64,000 bases of DNA from Candidatus Methanomethylicia archaeon (GTDB lineage: Archaea; Thermoproteota; Methanomethylicia; Culexarchaeales; Culexarchaeaceae), in the NCBI GenBank assembly GCA_038727515.1, contig JAVYVS010000001.1, positions 64,001 to 128,000 of the forward strand. Reading direction: 5' to 3'. The notes below the pieces were generated by a model, which was not told where the DNA came from, did no database searches, and saw only the letters and a list, made by a program, of their open reading frames with translations. Below, one piece after another: positions 42,013 through 52,033 of the stretch (position 1 is the stretch's first letter; each line of letters begins with the position of its first letter). The translations under genes were made by a program, and so were the position numbers.

Positions 42013-43550
42013 AGGTAGTAGAATATTTAAGTAAACAAAATTTCCCATGTAAGAGACCATTTATAGAATACGTGATCGATAAAATCCATAATGATAAGGA
42101 AAATAATCCATTTTTTATAAATGCTCCAACGGGTTATGGAAAAACATTTATTTCAATGAGTGTAGCCCTTAATGAACTTACAAATGGCTATAAAACAATA
42201 ATATCATACCCATTAAGATCATTAATTGAAGATCAAAAATTTAAAATTAACAGTTTCATGGATTGGATTGGTAAAAGAGATGTTGTAGGCTGTAGATATA
42301 TGGGTGACGCAACTTCCATATATTTAGTATATCCGATAACATTAACAACTATAGACACACTTTCTCTAACGGCCTTAGGCATATCGCCGGAAGATACAAA
42401 AAGTATTTTTAATGAACTTATGGGAACAAACTATGGAAGTTTAGGTCACTACATATTTTCTTGGGCATCTGTATATACATCGACCATAATATTGGATGAA
42501 GTTCATTTATTATATGATAGCTCTAAATCACTAAGTTTTCTTATTTCTTTATTAAAAATAAGTAGAGAGCTTGGTAATAGGTTAATATTCATGTCTGCAA
42601 CAATTCCAGATAAATTTATACAAAAATTAAAAAAGTATCATAAAAACGTAATCTATGAAAAATTCAACAAAAATATTGATCCCACGTTTTATGAGGAAAG
42701 AAAAGAGAAAAATTATGAAATAAAATTAGAATCTTATACTTCAGAGGAAAAGTTGGAAAATATAAAGAATATAATTGAAAATGATGAAAAGAAGTTTAAT
42801 AGAGCTTTAATAGTTTTTAACACTATTGAAGATGCTATTAAACTCTATAGTATGATAAAGGGCAATAAAATATTAATACATTCAAGATTTTCGATTAAAG
42901 ACAGAGAAGAAAAGTTAAAGCTCATTGAAAAGTTAAGTTGCCAAAATAAACTTATAGTTATAGGTACACAAGCAATTGAAGCTGGGGTAGACTTCTCTTC
43001 AGATCTAATAATAAGTGAGATAGCACCCCCAAACTCCTTAATTCAAAGATTTGGAAGATTTTTAAGAAAATATGAAAAAAATGGAAAGGCATACATATGG
43101 TATGAAGAGAATATTTTAAATGATGATAAAAAACTAAATTACAAAGTTTATGATAAACAGTTAATTACCAGAACAATAAAATATCTAGAACAGCATAAGA
43201 GTATTAACCTCCATATAGATTTTGAAAACTTTTTAAATGAGGTTTATGTTGATGATCCAAAAGTAGATGAAAAACTAGTAGATGAAATAATATATATAAT
43301 GTTTGATTTAAGAGAACCCACTAAATCAGCATTTAAACTTTTACTGGAAATGGAGGGAAGTTTCATAAGAGATGGAAATATATTTACCGCAGTAACGGAA
43401 GATAACATTGAAGTTCCTGTAAATTACAATTTCCTTAGAAACAGATGCATAGATCCTCTATTAAATGAGAAAGATGCTATAATTAAAGCTTTGCAAGGTT
43501 TTAAATTCCGTGTTAAAGGGAAATATGATAAAGAAGTGGGATTGGTGTAG
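41988..43550 (+). CDS. cas3: Cas3' helicase
   Basis: APTGYGKT, LDEVH, MSAT, HSRF, TQAIEAGVD, QRFGR. Confidence 0.96.
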   Translation: MGLKEAYLKVVEYLSKQNFPCKRPFIEYVIDKIHNDKENNPFFINAPTGYGKTFISMSVALNELTNGYKTIISYPLRSLIEDQKFKINSFMDWIGKRDVVGCRYMGDATSIYLVYPITLTTIDTLSLTALGISPEDTKSIFNELMGTNYGSLGHYIFSWASVYTSTIILDEVHLLYDSSKSLSFLISLLKISRELGNRLIFMSATIPDKFIQKLKKYHKNVIYEKFNKNIDPTFYEERKEKNYEIKLESYTSEEKLENIKNIIENDEKKFNRALIVFNTIEDAIKLYSMIKGNKILIHSRFSIKDREEKLKLIEKLSCQNKLIVIGTQAIEAGVDFSSDLIISEIAPPNSLIQRFGRFLRKYEKNGKAYIWYEENILNDDKKLNYKVYDKQLITRTIKYLEQHKSINLHIDFENFLNEVYVDDPKVDEKLVDEIIYIMFDLREPTKSAFKLLLEMEGSFIRDGNIFTAVTEDNIEVPVNYNFLRNRCIDPLLNEKDAIIKALQGFKFRVKGKYDKEVGLV

Positions 43551-44264
43551 ATGGTTGTATATAGCTTTTATTATCCTGAAAAGGGAGTGATGGAAAGATT
43601 AAGAGATCATATTCTAACAGCTTTAGAAACCTTTAATGTAAATAGTAAACTAGTAAAATTTGGTGAAAAACTAAATAAGAATTTTTATAAAATTTTAAGA
43701 TATAGTATAATTTTCCATGATTTTGGGAAGATACCATTTAATCAATATACATTTAATCCTAATAAAAGGCTTGATTTTTCAGGACATGAAATAATTTCAT
43801 GTTATGCAACTGATATATACCTAACAAAAATCCTTGAAAAAGATTCTGATTTTACAAATGAATGTAAAAAAATAATTTTGCTTGCAATACTACTTCATCA
43901 TCATCCTATGAAATTAAAAGAAAGATTGCAGAGATTGAGTAGAACAAATAACATGATGATAAACTCAGAAACCTTTAAAATTTTTTACCAAGAGATTGAT
44001 GGAATAAAAGACATGCAATTTATTCCTATTCAAATAAGTAAAAGCATAAATGAAATGGTTGCTGAAGTGGATGGTAGATGGGGGTTGATGAGGGAATTGT
44101 GGCGAGAAATTTGGATGAATTCAGATAGTAAGGTTAAGAAAACATTTCTTTTAACTATGCAAGGATTAATTAGTGCAGATTATAATTCAGCTATTAAATT
44201 GAGAGGAAATGGTGAGAAAGATTTTGCTAAAACTATCCATTTATTTCTAAAATTTTATTCCTAA
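43551..44264 (+). CDS. cas3'': Cas3'' HD nuclease
   Basis: L.DH, FHDFGK, HEIIS, LHHH, SADY. Confidence 0.94.
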   Translation: MVVYSFYYPEKGVMERLRDHILTALETFNVNSKLVKFGEKLNKNFYKILRYSIIFHDFGKIPFNQYTFNPNKRLDFSGHEIISCYATDIYLTKILEKDSDFTNECKKIILLAILLHHHPMKLKERLQRLSRTNNMMINSETFKIFYQEIDGIKDMQFIPIQISKSINEMVAEVDGRWGLMRELWREIWMNSDSKVKKTFLLTMQGLISADYNSAIKLRGNGEKDFAKTIHLFLKFYS

Positions 44265-44271
44265 AGAGATA

Positions 44272-44859
44272 TTAATTACCATGGCATATTCTATTGTACC
44301 AGCATGTTTTGCATTTTGTTTTTTGTTTTATTGGTGGTATTGTTTTTCCATTTATTATTTCATGTGTTTTTTGTATGATTTTTATTGTGTGGTTTTTTAG
44401 TTGTTTTGTTAGTATTCTTTCATGCCATAGTTTTGTTGGTTTGTAGTATAATATGATTTTGTATGCTGTTTGTTTTAGTGTTTCTTCTGCCATTATTGCG
44501 TATGTTGTTGTTTGGTATATGTGGTCTGGGTATGGTTTTTTGGTTTCGCTGTATTTTATTTCTAGTATGTGCATTTTGTTGTTTTTCCAGTATATGGCGT
44601 CTGCTATTCCTACTACTTTGTATTTCTCGCTTTTTAGTGGTACTGAGAATAATGTTTTTTCTGCTTGTATTCTTATTTCTCCCAGTATGCTTTTCCTTCT
44701 TTCAGCTGTTTCTTTGTCTTTTTCATATTCTTCCTTTCCATCCATCATCATTTGTGTTTCTGGTTCTATGATTCTTCTGACATGTTTTTGGTAGAGTATT
44801 GTTGGGCAGAATAGGTAGTCTCTTACATGTATTGGTGTTATGTAGACTTCCTCCTCCAT
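44272..44859 (-). CDS. cas4: Cas4
   Basis: FCP, GIAD...EIK, Q...Y, CKTC..C. Confidence 0.95.
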   Translation of the reverse strand: MEEEVYITPIHVRDYLFCPTILYQKHVRRIIEPETQMMMDGKEEYEKDKETAERRKSILGEIRIQAEKTLFSVPLKSEKYKVVGIADAIYWKNNKMHILEIKYSETKKPYPDHIYQTTTYAIMAEETLKQTAYKIILYYKPTKLWHERILTKQLKNHTIKIIQKTHEIINGKTIPPIKQKTKCKTCWYNRICHGN

Positions 44860-44868
44860 TTTTACACC

Positions 44869-45147
44869 TCATATTATGATTATTTCCTCTTCTTCTTCGG
44901 TGTATGGTTCTCCAATGATCTCCCTTAATTTTAGGTCTGCATCACATATTTGGAATATTTGTATGTTTCCCTTGTTTTTCCCTAGTATTTTTGTTAACTT
45001 CTTTTTTAGGTGTTTTCTTGTTTGAGCATTTATTTCTCCTATGAAGGCGCTTTTCTGTATTCTTATAAGTCCAGCTTCTTTGCATGCTTGTGCTATGGCT
45101 AATCTAATTTTATCGTCTGTTATATCGTATATTACTAGTGTATGCAT
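44869..45147 (-). CDS. cas2: Cas2
   Basis: LVIYDITDD..R, RIQKSAF. Confidence 0.97.
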   Translation of the reverse strand: MHTLVIYDITDDKIRLAIAQACKEAGLIRIQKSAFIGEINAQTRKHLKKKLTKILGKNKGNIQIFQICDADLKLREIIGEPYTEEEEEIIII

Positions 45148-45160
45148 TTCTAAACGCCCT

Positions 45161-46177
45161 TCATATGATGTTGTATGGTTGATATGTGTTTACGTATTTC
45201 ATTATGTATTTTGCTAGTCTATGTGGTTGTAGATGTATGTGTCCACTTAGGGGTATGCTTCTATCCATAAACGTTGTTTTTGTCTTTAATTGTTCATAGA
45301 ATGCTTTTAACAGTTTTCTACGTCCTTCTTCACTTAACTTTTTATTTGGTTCTAAGAGTGTTTTCCATTCATTTGTTGTTGTGAAAATGTTTATTAAGGT
45401 TTTGTCAACTGTTGGCTGTCTGAATTCCTCCATTAAATCCATTACTAAGCTTGGTCTTCTACTACTATCTTCATGGAGGTATCCAATGTATGGGTCTAAT
45501 CCTGAAAGTTCCACTGCAAACCATACTTCACTTGCCAGTATTGTGTATAGATAGTTTAGAGATATGTTGAATGGGTCTTCTGGATTATCATACTTCTTCC
45601 TCCTCTTACCATCATATCCCACTTCACTTGGAATCACTAGGTTTAATGCTTCCCAATAATATTTACTTGCTTCAGCTTCCTTTGAAATATATAATTGTTT
45701 ATTATTGCTTGGACCATAATTTTCAATGTAATTCGAAATCTCCATGATCTTAGAAATATACCAACCAAGTTTTTCACTAATTTCACGATTAATTCTCATT
45801 TTAATCTTTCTAATCCTCTTTAAAAGATTCAATTGATTCCTAATTTTATTTACAACTATAATCCACCTTATAAAATCCCCTCTAGAATCTTCTTGAGCTT
45901 TAATCTGTTCTTTCTTAAGTTTAACAGATCCACCTTTACCCATAGGTTGAAGTTTACCTATAGGTCTATCTCCAGAGAGTAAAATTAATTGTATATTATG
46001 CTTTAACAATAACCTTAAAGCATCTCCACTAAAACTTATACCACTGGCATTAGCTATAATACATGAAACATTACCAACACTAATACTCTTCTTTTCTCCA
46101 CCTCTACTAATAATTAGCATTCCACCCTTCTTACCCACATAATAACCATAACCGTCAAGAATGATTCTTCTCACCAC
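45161..46177 (-). CDS. cas1: Cas1
   Basis: EAEASKYYW, DPFN.SLNYLY, DPYIGYLH, SLVMDLMEEFRQP.VD. Confidence 0.97.
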   Translation of the reverse strand: MVRRIILDGYGYYVGKKGGMLIISRGGEKKSISVGNVSCIIANASGISFSGDALRLLLKHNIQLILLSGDRPIGKLQPMGKGGSVKLKKEQIKAQEDSRGDFIRWIIVVNKIRNQLNLLKRIRKIKMRINREISEKLGWYISKIMEISNYIENYGPSNNKQLYISKEAEASKYYWEALNLVIPSEVGYDGKRRKKYDNPEDPFNISLNYLYTILASEVWFAVELSGLDPYIGYLHEDSSRRPSLVMDLMEEFRQPTVDKTLINIFTTTNEWKTLLEPNKKLSEEGRRKLLKAFYEQLKTKTTFMDRSIPLSGHIHLQPHRLAKYIMKYVNTYQPYNII

Positions 46178-47141
46178 TAATCTTCAACCTCCTAGAACTA
46201 CAATAATCATAGTATATACAGTAATCTGGGCATTCAACTGGGTAACCTGGATCTTCACCCATCTGTATTATATCAAAAGCTTTATCTCTAATTTCAATAA
46301 ACTCCCTCCTAATATTATCATCAATGAAAAATACATCGTTCCTAACTTTCACAAAACCATCTTTAATAGATAAATAGGATATAACACCATAATCCACTGG
46401 AACTTCTAAATCAGCTTCAATAGCTAAAGCATAACCTGCAAGAGTATATTTATGGAAATCCCTAACATCACCAGTTTTAATATCCACAACAAGTCTATTA
46501 TCTAGGAAAACATCAACCTTAAGTTCCTTGGATAAACCTATAAATCTTCCATCCACAATCTTCTCCTCAAAGGCTGGGAGAAGTTTACCAACAACATTCT
46601 CAACCTTAGGATAACTTAAACTGCAAAGTATTTCATCAAGTTTAGCACAAACATTCAAAACAATATAATCAAATAATATGTTGGAATCATTCCTTAAAAC
46701 ATTGTAATCATCACCTTTAACATACCTATCAACGTTATGATGCTTAAAAATAGAATCAATAAATTTTTCACGTTCATTCATGAGGAGCATAAAAAGTTCA
46801 CATCCCCTAACAAGTCCATGAGAGTAAAGTTTACCTCTCACAAGAGAGTAAATCCCAGAGCAAATATCATGGTAAATCCATCCTCTAACAGTCTTAAAAC
46901 TTATTGGTGCAGAAATATTTACAACTCTACGTAGATAAACATCCCTATAATTCGGACAGTAACGATTGGCAACTTCAGAAACACTTAAGAAAACATCATC
47001 AACAGGTGGAGAGAGAATATCACTACTCCAATTCCAACCCCGCAGTTCATCAGAAATACTACTAGAACCATAAAGCCTCTTCAAACGAGTAATCAATCTA
47101 TCAAGTTCATGACTAGAAACTATAAACATAAATAAAACCAA
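46155..47141 (-). CDS. csa1: Type I-A Cas4/Csa1
   Basis: ELRGWNW, YCPNYRDVYL, DIKTG, LAGYALAIE, C-terminal Cys cluster. Confidence 0.94.
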   Translation of the reverse strand: MVLFMFIVSSHELDRLITRLKRLYGSSSISDELRGWNWSSDILSPPVDDVFLSVSEVANRYCPNYRDVYLRRVVNISAPISFKTVRGWIYHDICSGIYSLVRGKLYSHGLVRGCELFMLLMNEREKFIDSIFKHHNVDRYVKGDDYNVLRNDSNILFDYIVLNVCAKLDEILCSLSYPKVENVVGKLLPAFEEKIVDGRFIGLSKELKVDVFLDNRLVVDIKTGDVRDFHKYTLAGYALAIEADLEVPVDYGVISYLSIKDGFVKVRNDVFFIDDNIRREFIEIRDKAFDIIQMGEDPGYPVECPDYCIYYDYCSSRRLKISGEKNHS

Positions 47142-47246
47142 GAAATACTTGATAAGAGAAAAGATAAATTTTACATAAACATTTAGAATCTGAAGGTTAC
47201 GCTAAATTTATAAGTAAATGTACTGGGAAACTGTTTTTGGCTTCAT

Positions 47247-47597
47247 ATGAGGAAGATAACTTTTAATGATATTTTGGAGAGGGGTAGGATTGTTTCTTGG
47301 GATGATGAGAAGGTTTGTGTGGAGTTGTCTGGTTTAACTAGTGATGGAGTTAGGGTTAAAGGTGTCTTCACACTTTTAAGGAATGTTAAGAGTGTAGAGT
47401 TTGGTGGGTTTGGTTTACCCTTTGTTTCAGAGTATAAGATTAATTTTAATGGTGTAGAGGTTTGTAGTGGTCAAACAAGATCTAAATATTGTGATGGTGA
47501 ATATTCTTTCGAATTTAAATATCTTTTAAGGGTTGAGAAGGAGAATTTATTGGATTTCACAAACATCTTCTTAATCTTCATGGAAATTGAGAAATAA
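47247..47597 (+). CDS. Hypothetical protein, divergent from csa1
   Basis: 116-aa ORF with ATG and host-like codon use; no motif recognised. Confidence 0.6.
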   Translation: MRKITFNDILERGRIVSWDDEKVCVELSGLTSDGVRVKGVFTLLRNVKSVEFGGFGLPFVSEYKINFNGVEVCSGQTRSKYCDGEYSFEFKYLLRVEKENLLDFTNIFLIFMEIEK

Positions 47598-48057
47598 AGT
47601 TTAGAGGAAATCTTGAAATGTATATTTGTAGACCTTGAATCATGGATTTACAGTATGTTTAAACATATTCCTCAATCTTTTCAATGAAGTGAAGTAATCA
47701 TCATAATATGGATTTTCCCATCCCTAACAATTTTAAGTTATCTCTATCGTAGATTCACCTAAACCCTAGGTTTTCCATTATGTTTTTGGAAAGACGTTTA
47801 TGTATCTGAAACCGTTTACTTCAATTTTATGGAAACAATCTCTAAAAATGATGTAAGAAGATGCTTAGAATCAAAATATATTAAAACATGGGAAAAGGCA
47901 ATTGGAGGAGATTGGTTAAATCGATGTTGTTTATGTAGTTGATTTAGATGGTTATATGGGGATCATCTGTATTGACATAGGATATGCATAAGAATAAATG
48001 ATAGCTATAATTCAAATTTTACTTTAGCATAAATTTAAGGTATATGTGTGAAATGAA

Positions 48058-49209
48058 CTATACTCCAATATTTAATAGGAATTCTGGTATATCTTCTTCT
48101 TCAAGTATTATGGTGTTTTTTGGGTATTTTCTATGTGGTTTACCAGCTTTAACTTCAATCTTTAAATTTCCAGCTATACAATCAATTTCAAAGCTATTCC
48201 TATAATAGTAAATTTCATTAAATTTTCTAAATAAATGTTCTTGTACAATATTTTCATATAATGTTGCATCAAGGAATTTCTCTCCAGTCCAAAATGAAAT
48301 GGTATGTAAAATGGAGGGGTCTCTGAAGAATATCTTCTTCTCCCTTCTAAAACTAACTTTTCTATTCCATTTCCAATAAGCTAAACCTAAAACATATAAA
48401 TCCTCAAACTTCTCTAAATATTCAGCTACAGTCTTATAACTTACTCCAACATCTCCAGCTATGGATTGATATGAAATTGGTGAGGGTAATTTACTTAATA
48501 AACTTGTGAAGATTTGATAGGAGGTTTTAACACTTAAACCAATCTTCAGTATATCGCCTTCAAAAGCTTTAATCCAATCACCATAAAACTTCTCACGATA
48601 ATTTATTGAATTTGGGAAACCACCAAACATCTTATAGTATTCGAAAGCCTCCTTTAACTCACTACTTCTCCCTTCAATCTTTAAAGCTTTAATAAATTCA
48701 GTGAAGGATAGTGGCATAACACTTATAACCCTACCACTACCAGTTCTACCGGGGAAAAGCTCAACCTCCCTCCTCAACTTCAAACTCATAGATCCAGAAA
48801 CAGTAATCACTGAATTGCTAAATCCTCCAGCATCAATTAAACCCTTTAAAGGTTTCCACCAACCCTCTAAACTAGTAACTTCATCCATAAAAATAAATTT
48901 AAATCCCCTCCTCAAAAGGAGGAGTAAAACCTCTTGAAACCTCTCAACACTTGGAATAAGTTCAACATTTAAATAAACTATCTCATTAGCATTAACACCC
49001 TTCTCAATTAAATCTTTAATCAACAATTTAATCCCAGTGGTTTTACCAACCTGTCTAGGACCCAAAATAAAATTCAAACTAAAGGGGTTTAGAGAAACAT
49101 CATTTATCCATTTAGGAATCCACTTTATCTTCTGCTTCTCCCACCTCTCTAAATCAATATCTTCCTCCTCAAACCACCATGGATTTAAAACTTCTAAAAC
49201 TTCCTTCAC
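48058..49209 (-). CDS. AAA ATPase (AAA_14/DUF4143-like)
   Basis: NPWW, GPRQVGKTT, MDEVT, SGS, GGFP, EIDC...EVK. Confidence 0.9.
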   Translation of the reverse strand: MKEVLEVLNPWWFEEEDIDLERWEKQKIKWIPKWINDVSLNPFSLNFILGPRQVGKTTGIKLLIKDLIEKGVNANEIVYLNVELIPSVERFQEVLLLLLRRGFKFIFMDEVTSLEGWWKPLKGLIDAGGFSNSVITVSGSMSLKLRREVELFPGRTGSGRVISVMPLSFTEFIKALKIEGRSSELKEAFEYYKMFGGFPNSINYREKFYGDWIKAFEGDILKIGLSVKTSYQIFTSLLSKLPSPISYQSIAGDVGVSYKTVAEYLEKFEDLYVLGLAYWKWNRKVSFRREKKIFFRDPSILHTISFWTGEKFLDATLYENIVQEHLFRKFNEIYYYRNSFEIDCIAGNLKIEVKAGKPHRKYPKNTIILEEEDIPEFLLNIGV

Positions 49210-49690
49210 AATAGAAATATAAATTCCATAAATTTATAAATATTTAGAGATGGCAACTCTATAAATTTAAGTATAATCTTAATTGTTTAGAAGATTAATA
49301 TGATATTCTTATAAGCACAACTCTCAATACTTATCTCTAATGAAATAAGAAGTATGGAAAGGTTAAGTTAATATGTGTTTATGAATACCTTCAAGGTAAA
49401 TATTTGGCTTCCATCAATGAAATTCTTTGATCAAAGACTTGAAAAGAAGCATAAACATTTTTTAGTTATATCAAGAGGAGCCCATTACATGGTTACTACG
49501 CGAATAATACTATGAAACAAGTGCTGATGCTAGCTACATCATTTTATACCAATAAGTTTTTATATTGATGTAATGAAAACAGATTCGAGGATCTTGAAGA
49601 AGATTGGTCGTATAGAGTTGATTACATATAAACGCATTGGTAGAGTGTATAGTTTAAAGGTTCTTAAGAAGATCATGGAGGAATCAAAGG

Positions 49691-50131
49691 GTGACTGTGA
49701 GAGTAAAGGTGAAAATTAAGAGTTTAAAGGGATTAAGGATTGGTGGCGTTATTGAGACTAGTTCACTTTTAAATACTGGGTATGCTGGATCTTCCCCAGA
49801 AATCATAGTACCAGTGAAGTTAGCTGAGAATCTTGGACTTTGGCCATTGCCTAATGAAGCCATAGAATCCATATATGATACTGCAGGCGGCCCAGCAAGA
49901 TTCTATATGATCAGAGAAGCTGCAATCATTCAAGTAGTTGAGGAAGATTGTACATCAAAAGAACTCGTAGTTGACATAGTCGTATCGCCCTTAGAAAGAG
50001 AGGTTCTGTTAAGCGATTTCGTCATAGGCGAGTTAGGTATAGTAATCTTAAACGCTTACAGAGGATTTTGGAAATTCGATAGAGACGATTTGGGAAAGAT
50101 AAGATATAGTAAAAGACCTGAACTTTGGTGA
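49691..50131 (+). CDS. Archaeal clan-AA (retropepsin-like) fold protein
   Basis: LLNTGY in place of DTG, IVP..LAE.LG, DTAGG, EVLLSD..IGELGI. Confidence 0.6.
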   Translation: MTVRVKVKIKSLKGLRIGGVIETSSLLNTGYAGSSPEIIVPVKLAENLGLWPLPNEAIESIYDTAGGPARFYMIREAAIIQVVEEDCTSKELVVDIVVSPLEREVLLSDFVIGELGIVILNAYRGFWKFDRDDLGKIRYSKRPELW

Positions 50132-50220
50132 TCAATTTAATCGTCTATTAAATGTAGTAAACTTTGTATCACCTTCTTTACCACAGGAGGATTCTTTGGG
50201 TAGAAATCCCCTCAAACAGA

Positions 50221-50427
50221 GGATATGAATGTATCTAAAAGGATTTGAAGATGCAAAACTTATAAAAGAAATGGATGAGAAGGTTAGGGGACAAGTTGTA
50301 AATGTTGCTTGTTTACCGGGGATAGTTAAATATTCATTAGCGATGTTTAATACACATTAGGAGTATGGTCTTCCAATTGGTGAGTGGCAAAATAGATATA
50401 GAAGTTAAAGAAGAAGGTTATTTCCCA
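50221..50427 (+). pseudogene. rtcB: Fragment of RNA ligase RtcB
   Basis: [43 protein letters not shown] matches RtcB NVA.LPGI...AMPD.H.GYGFPIG; stop and frameshifts. Confidence 0.8.
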
Positions 50428-50438
50428 TTTATATGTGT

Positions 50439-50942
50439 TTATTCATGTAGGTTTATGATTTCGATTTTCATGGTTTTAGTGTCTAGGATGGCTATGGTTG
50501 ATTTTCCCGTTAGGTATCCACATACTTCCCCTGGATTTATTACTAGGGTTTTTCCAATGGTGTAGGTTTCTGCTTTATGTGTGTGGCCGTGGATTACAAT
50601 GTTGAAGTAGTTTGAGTTTATTAGAGCTTTTAGTAGGGTTTCATCATCTCCATGTATTAATGCTATTTTTAGGTTGTTAATATTCAACTCTGCAAATCTT
50701 CCATATATTTCCCCATTTAATTCTTGGAATCTTCTTCTAATTAGGTTTTGATCTCCATCATTGTTTCCAAATACACCTATTAATTTAGCTTTTAATGGTT
50801 TGAAACGTGAAACTGCGAAGGGTGCTATGTAATCTCCAGCGTGGAGGACGTATTCAACGTTTTCTTCATTTAATCTCTTTACAGCTTCATCTATCATTTG
50901 AAGTCTATCATGTGTATCTGAGATTATTCCAATTTTCATCAT
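50439..50942 (-). CDS. Metallophosphoesterase (MJ0936/YfcE family)
   Basis: ISDTH, HAGD, GNND, HG, GHTH, NPGE. Confidence 0.93.
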   Translation of the reverse strand: MMKIGIISDTHDRLQMIDEAVKRLNEENVEYVLHAGDYIAPFAVSRFKPLKAKLIGVFGNNDGDQNLIRRRFQELNGEIYGRFAELNINNLKIALIHGDDETLLKALINSNYFNIVIHGHTHKAETYTIGKTLVINPGEVCGYLTGKSTIAILDTKTMKIEIINLHE

Positions 50943-51014
50943 TATTTAGATTTGTTTGATGGATTTAAATGGTTTGTGGAAAGATTTTTCTTTAGGTTTA
51001 AATTAGCTTTTTTT

Positions 51015-51067
51015 GGATGATGAGAGTCATGTCAACTGATTTATGAAGAATCCTAGGGTATCTGACA
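51015..51067 (+). ncRNA. Box C/D guide sRNA
   Basis: C ATGATGA 51017-23, 12-nt guide, D' CTGA 51036-39, C' ATGAAGA 51043-49, 12-nt guide, D CTGA 51062-65. Confidence 0.85.
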
Positions 51068-51115
51068 CTATAGTAATTTATTTCTTAAGTTTATTTTCAA
51101 ATTATATGGGGTTGA

Positions 51116-51556
51116 ATGTCTTTTGAATATTTGAAGAATCATTTTAAGAAGATTTATCCTTCTTGTTCTTCTATTGAAATTGAGAATTTGGTTTCAGCTA
51201 TAATCCATGATAAGTATTGGAAGGTTCATCCAAATAAGGGTGATGCAATTTATGTTGTTGCTTTAACTAGAGCTAGATATCCATGTGATAATGGTTTTAG
51301 AGCTAGAGCCACAGCTGTAAATACCATTATAGTTTCACGTAGAGCTGCAAAATTTTGTAGGCGTGGTAGAATTTTATTGGCTAAAAGAGTTGATGATAAG
51401 TATTTTTCGGAGACTGTTATTGATTGGCCAGCCTTCCTAAAAATTATACGTTTAAATGAAGATTTCATATACAGTTTCCTAGTGGAAAATGAAAATCCAC
51501 CTGTCTTCCTAAATAAACGTATACTTTCAAAAATCCTTAAAGAGTTAAAGTGTTGA
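51116..51556 (+). CDS. Hypothetical basic protein
   Basis: 146-aa ORF with GGGG RBS; no motif recognised. Confidence 0.7.
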   Translation: MSFEYLKNHFKKIYPSCSSIEIENLVSAIIHDKYWKVHPNKGDAIYVVALTRARYPCDNGFRARATAVNTIIVSRRAAKFCRRGRILLAKRVDDKYFSETVIDWPAFLKIIRLNEDFIYSFLVENENPPVFLNKRILSKILKELKC

Positions 51557-51580
51557 GTATCTTTAGATTCATGGTGAAAG

Positions 51581-52003
51581 TCATTTGATTAAAGTTCTTC
51601 TTGGTTTTATTAAAGTGATTCTTTTATTCACATAATCTATGCATACCCTATAATCCTTTAATAATCCATACCCTATACACCCATAAAACCTATGTTTAAA
51701 TTTCTCATCTGTAGTGATATTTAGAACTGTAGCTTGAACCTTCTCAAATCTTATACCTGCAAATTCAAAGGTGTCTATGGTTGTTATATGTATTGGTACT
51801 TCTCCTCCAGCTCCAATCCCCCTTCTTCCAGTATCTATAACTTTAAGCCCTAATTCATCAGCAAAAAATCTAAGTATGGTTAATCCTGGACCTCCAGTAT
51901 CAATCCAAAAATCATATGGCCCCATACCATTAACATACGCTGGAACAGTTATTAAATGCCCAATAAGTTTAAACTGAATTGATCGTGGAGACATAACAAA
52001 CAC
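51581..52003 (-). CDS. Retropepsin-like aspartic protease
   Basis: FWIDTGG, GAGG flap, GCIGYGLL...IDY. Confidence 0.85.
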   Translation of the reverse strand: MFVMSPRSIQFKLIGHLITVPAYVNGMGPYDFWIDTGGPGLTILRFFADELGLKVIDTGRRGIGAGGEVPIHITTIDTFEFAGIRFEKVQATVLNITTDEKFKHRFYGCIGYGLLKDYRVCIDYVNKRITLIKPRRTLIK

Positions 52004-52033
52004 TAATAATACATTATTTATGTATTATATATC

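Noticed and set aside
47645-47705. Possible second C/D sRNA on the minus strand
   Set aside because: D box reads CTGT and guide lengths are irregular
47770-47990. Possible nucleoside deoxyribosyltransferase-like remnant (VYVVDLDGYMG...IGYA)
   Set aside because: Too fragmentary to support without a search
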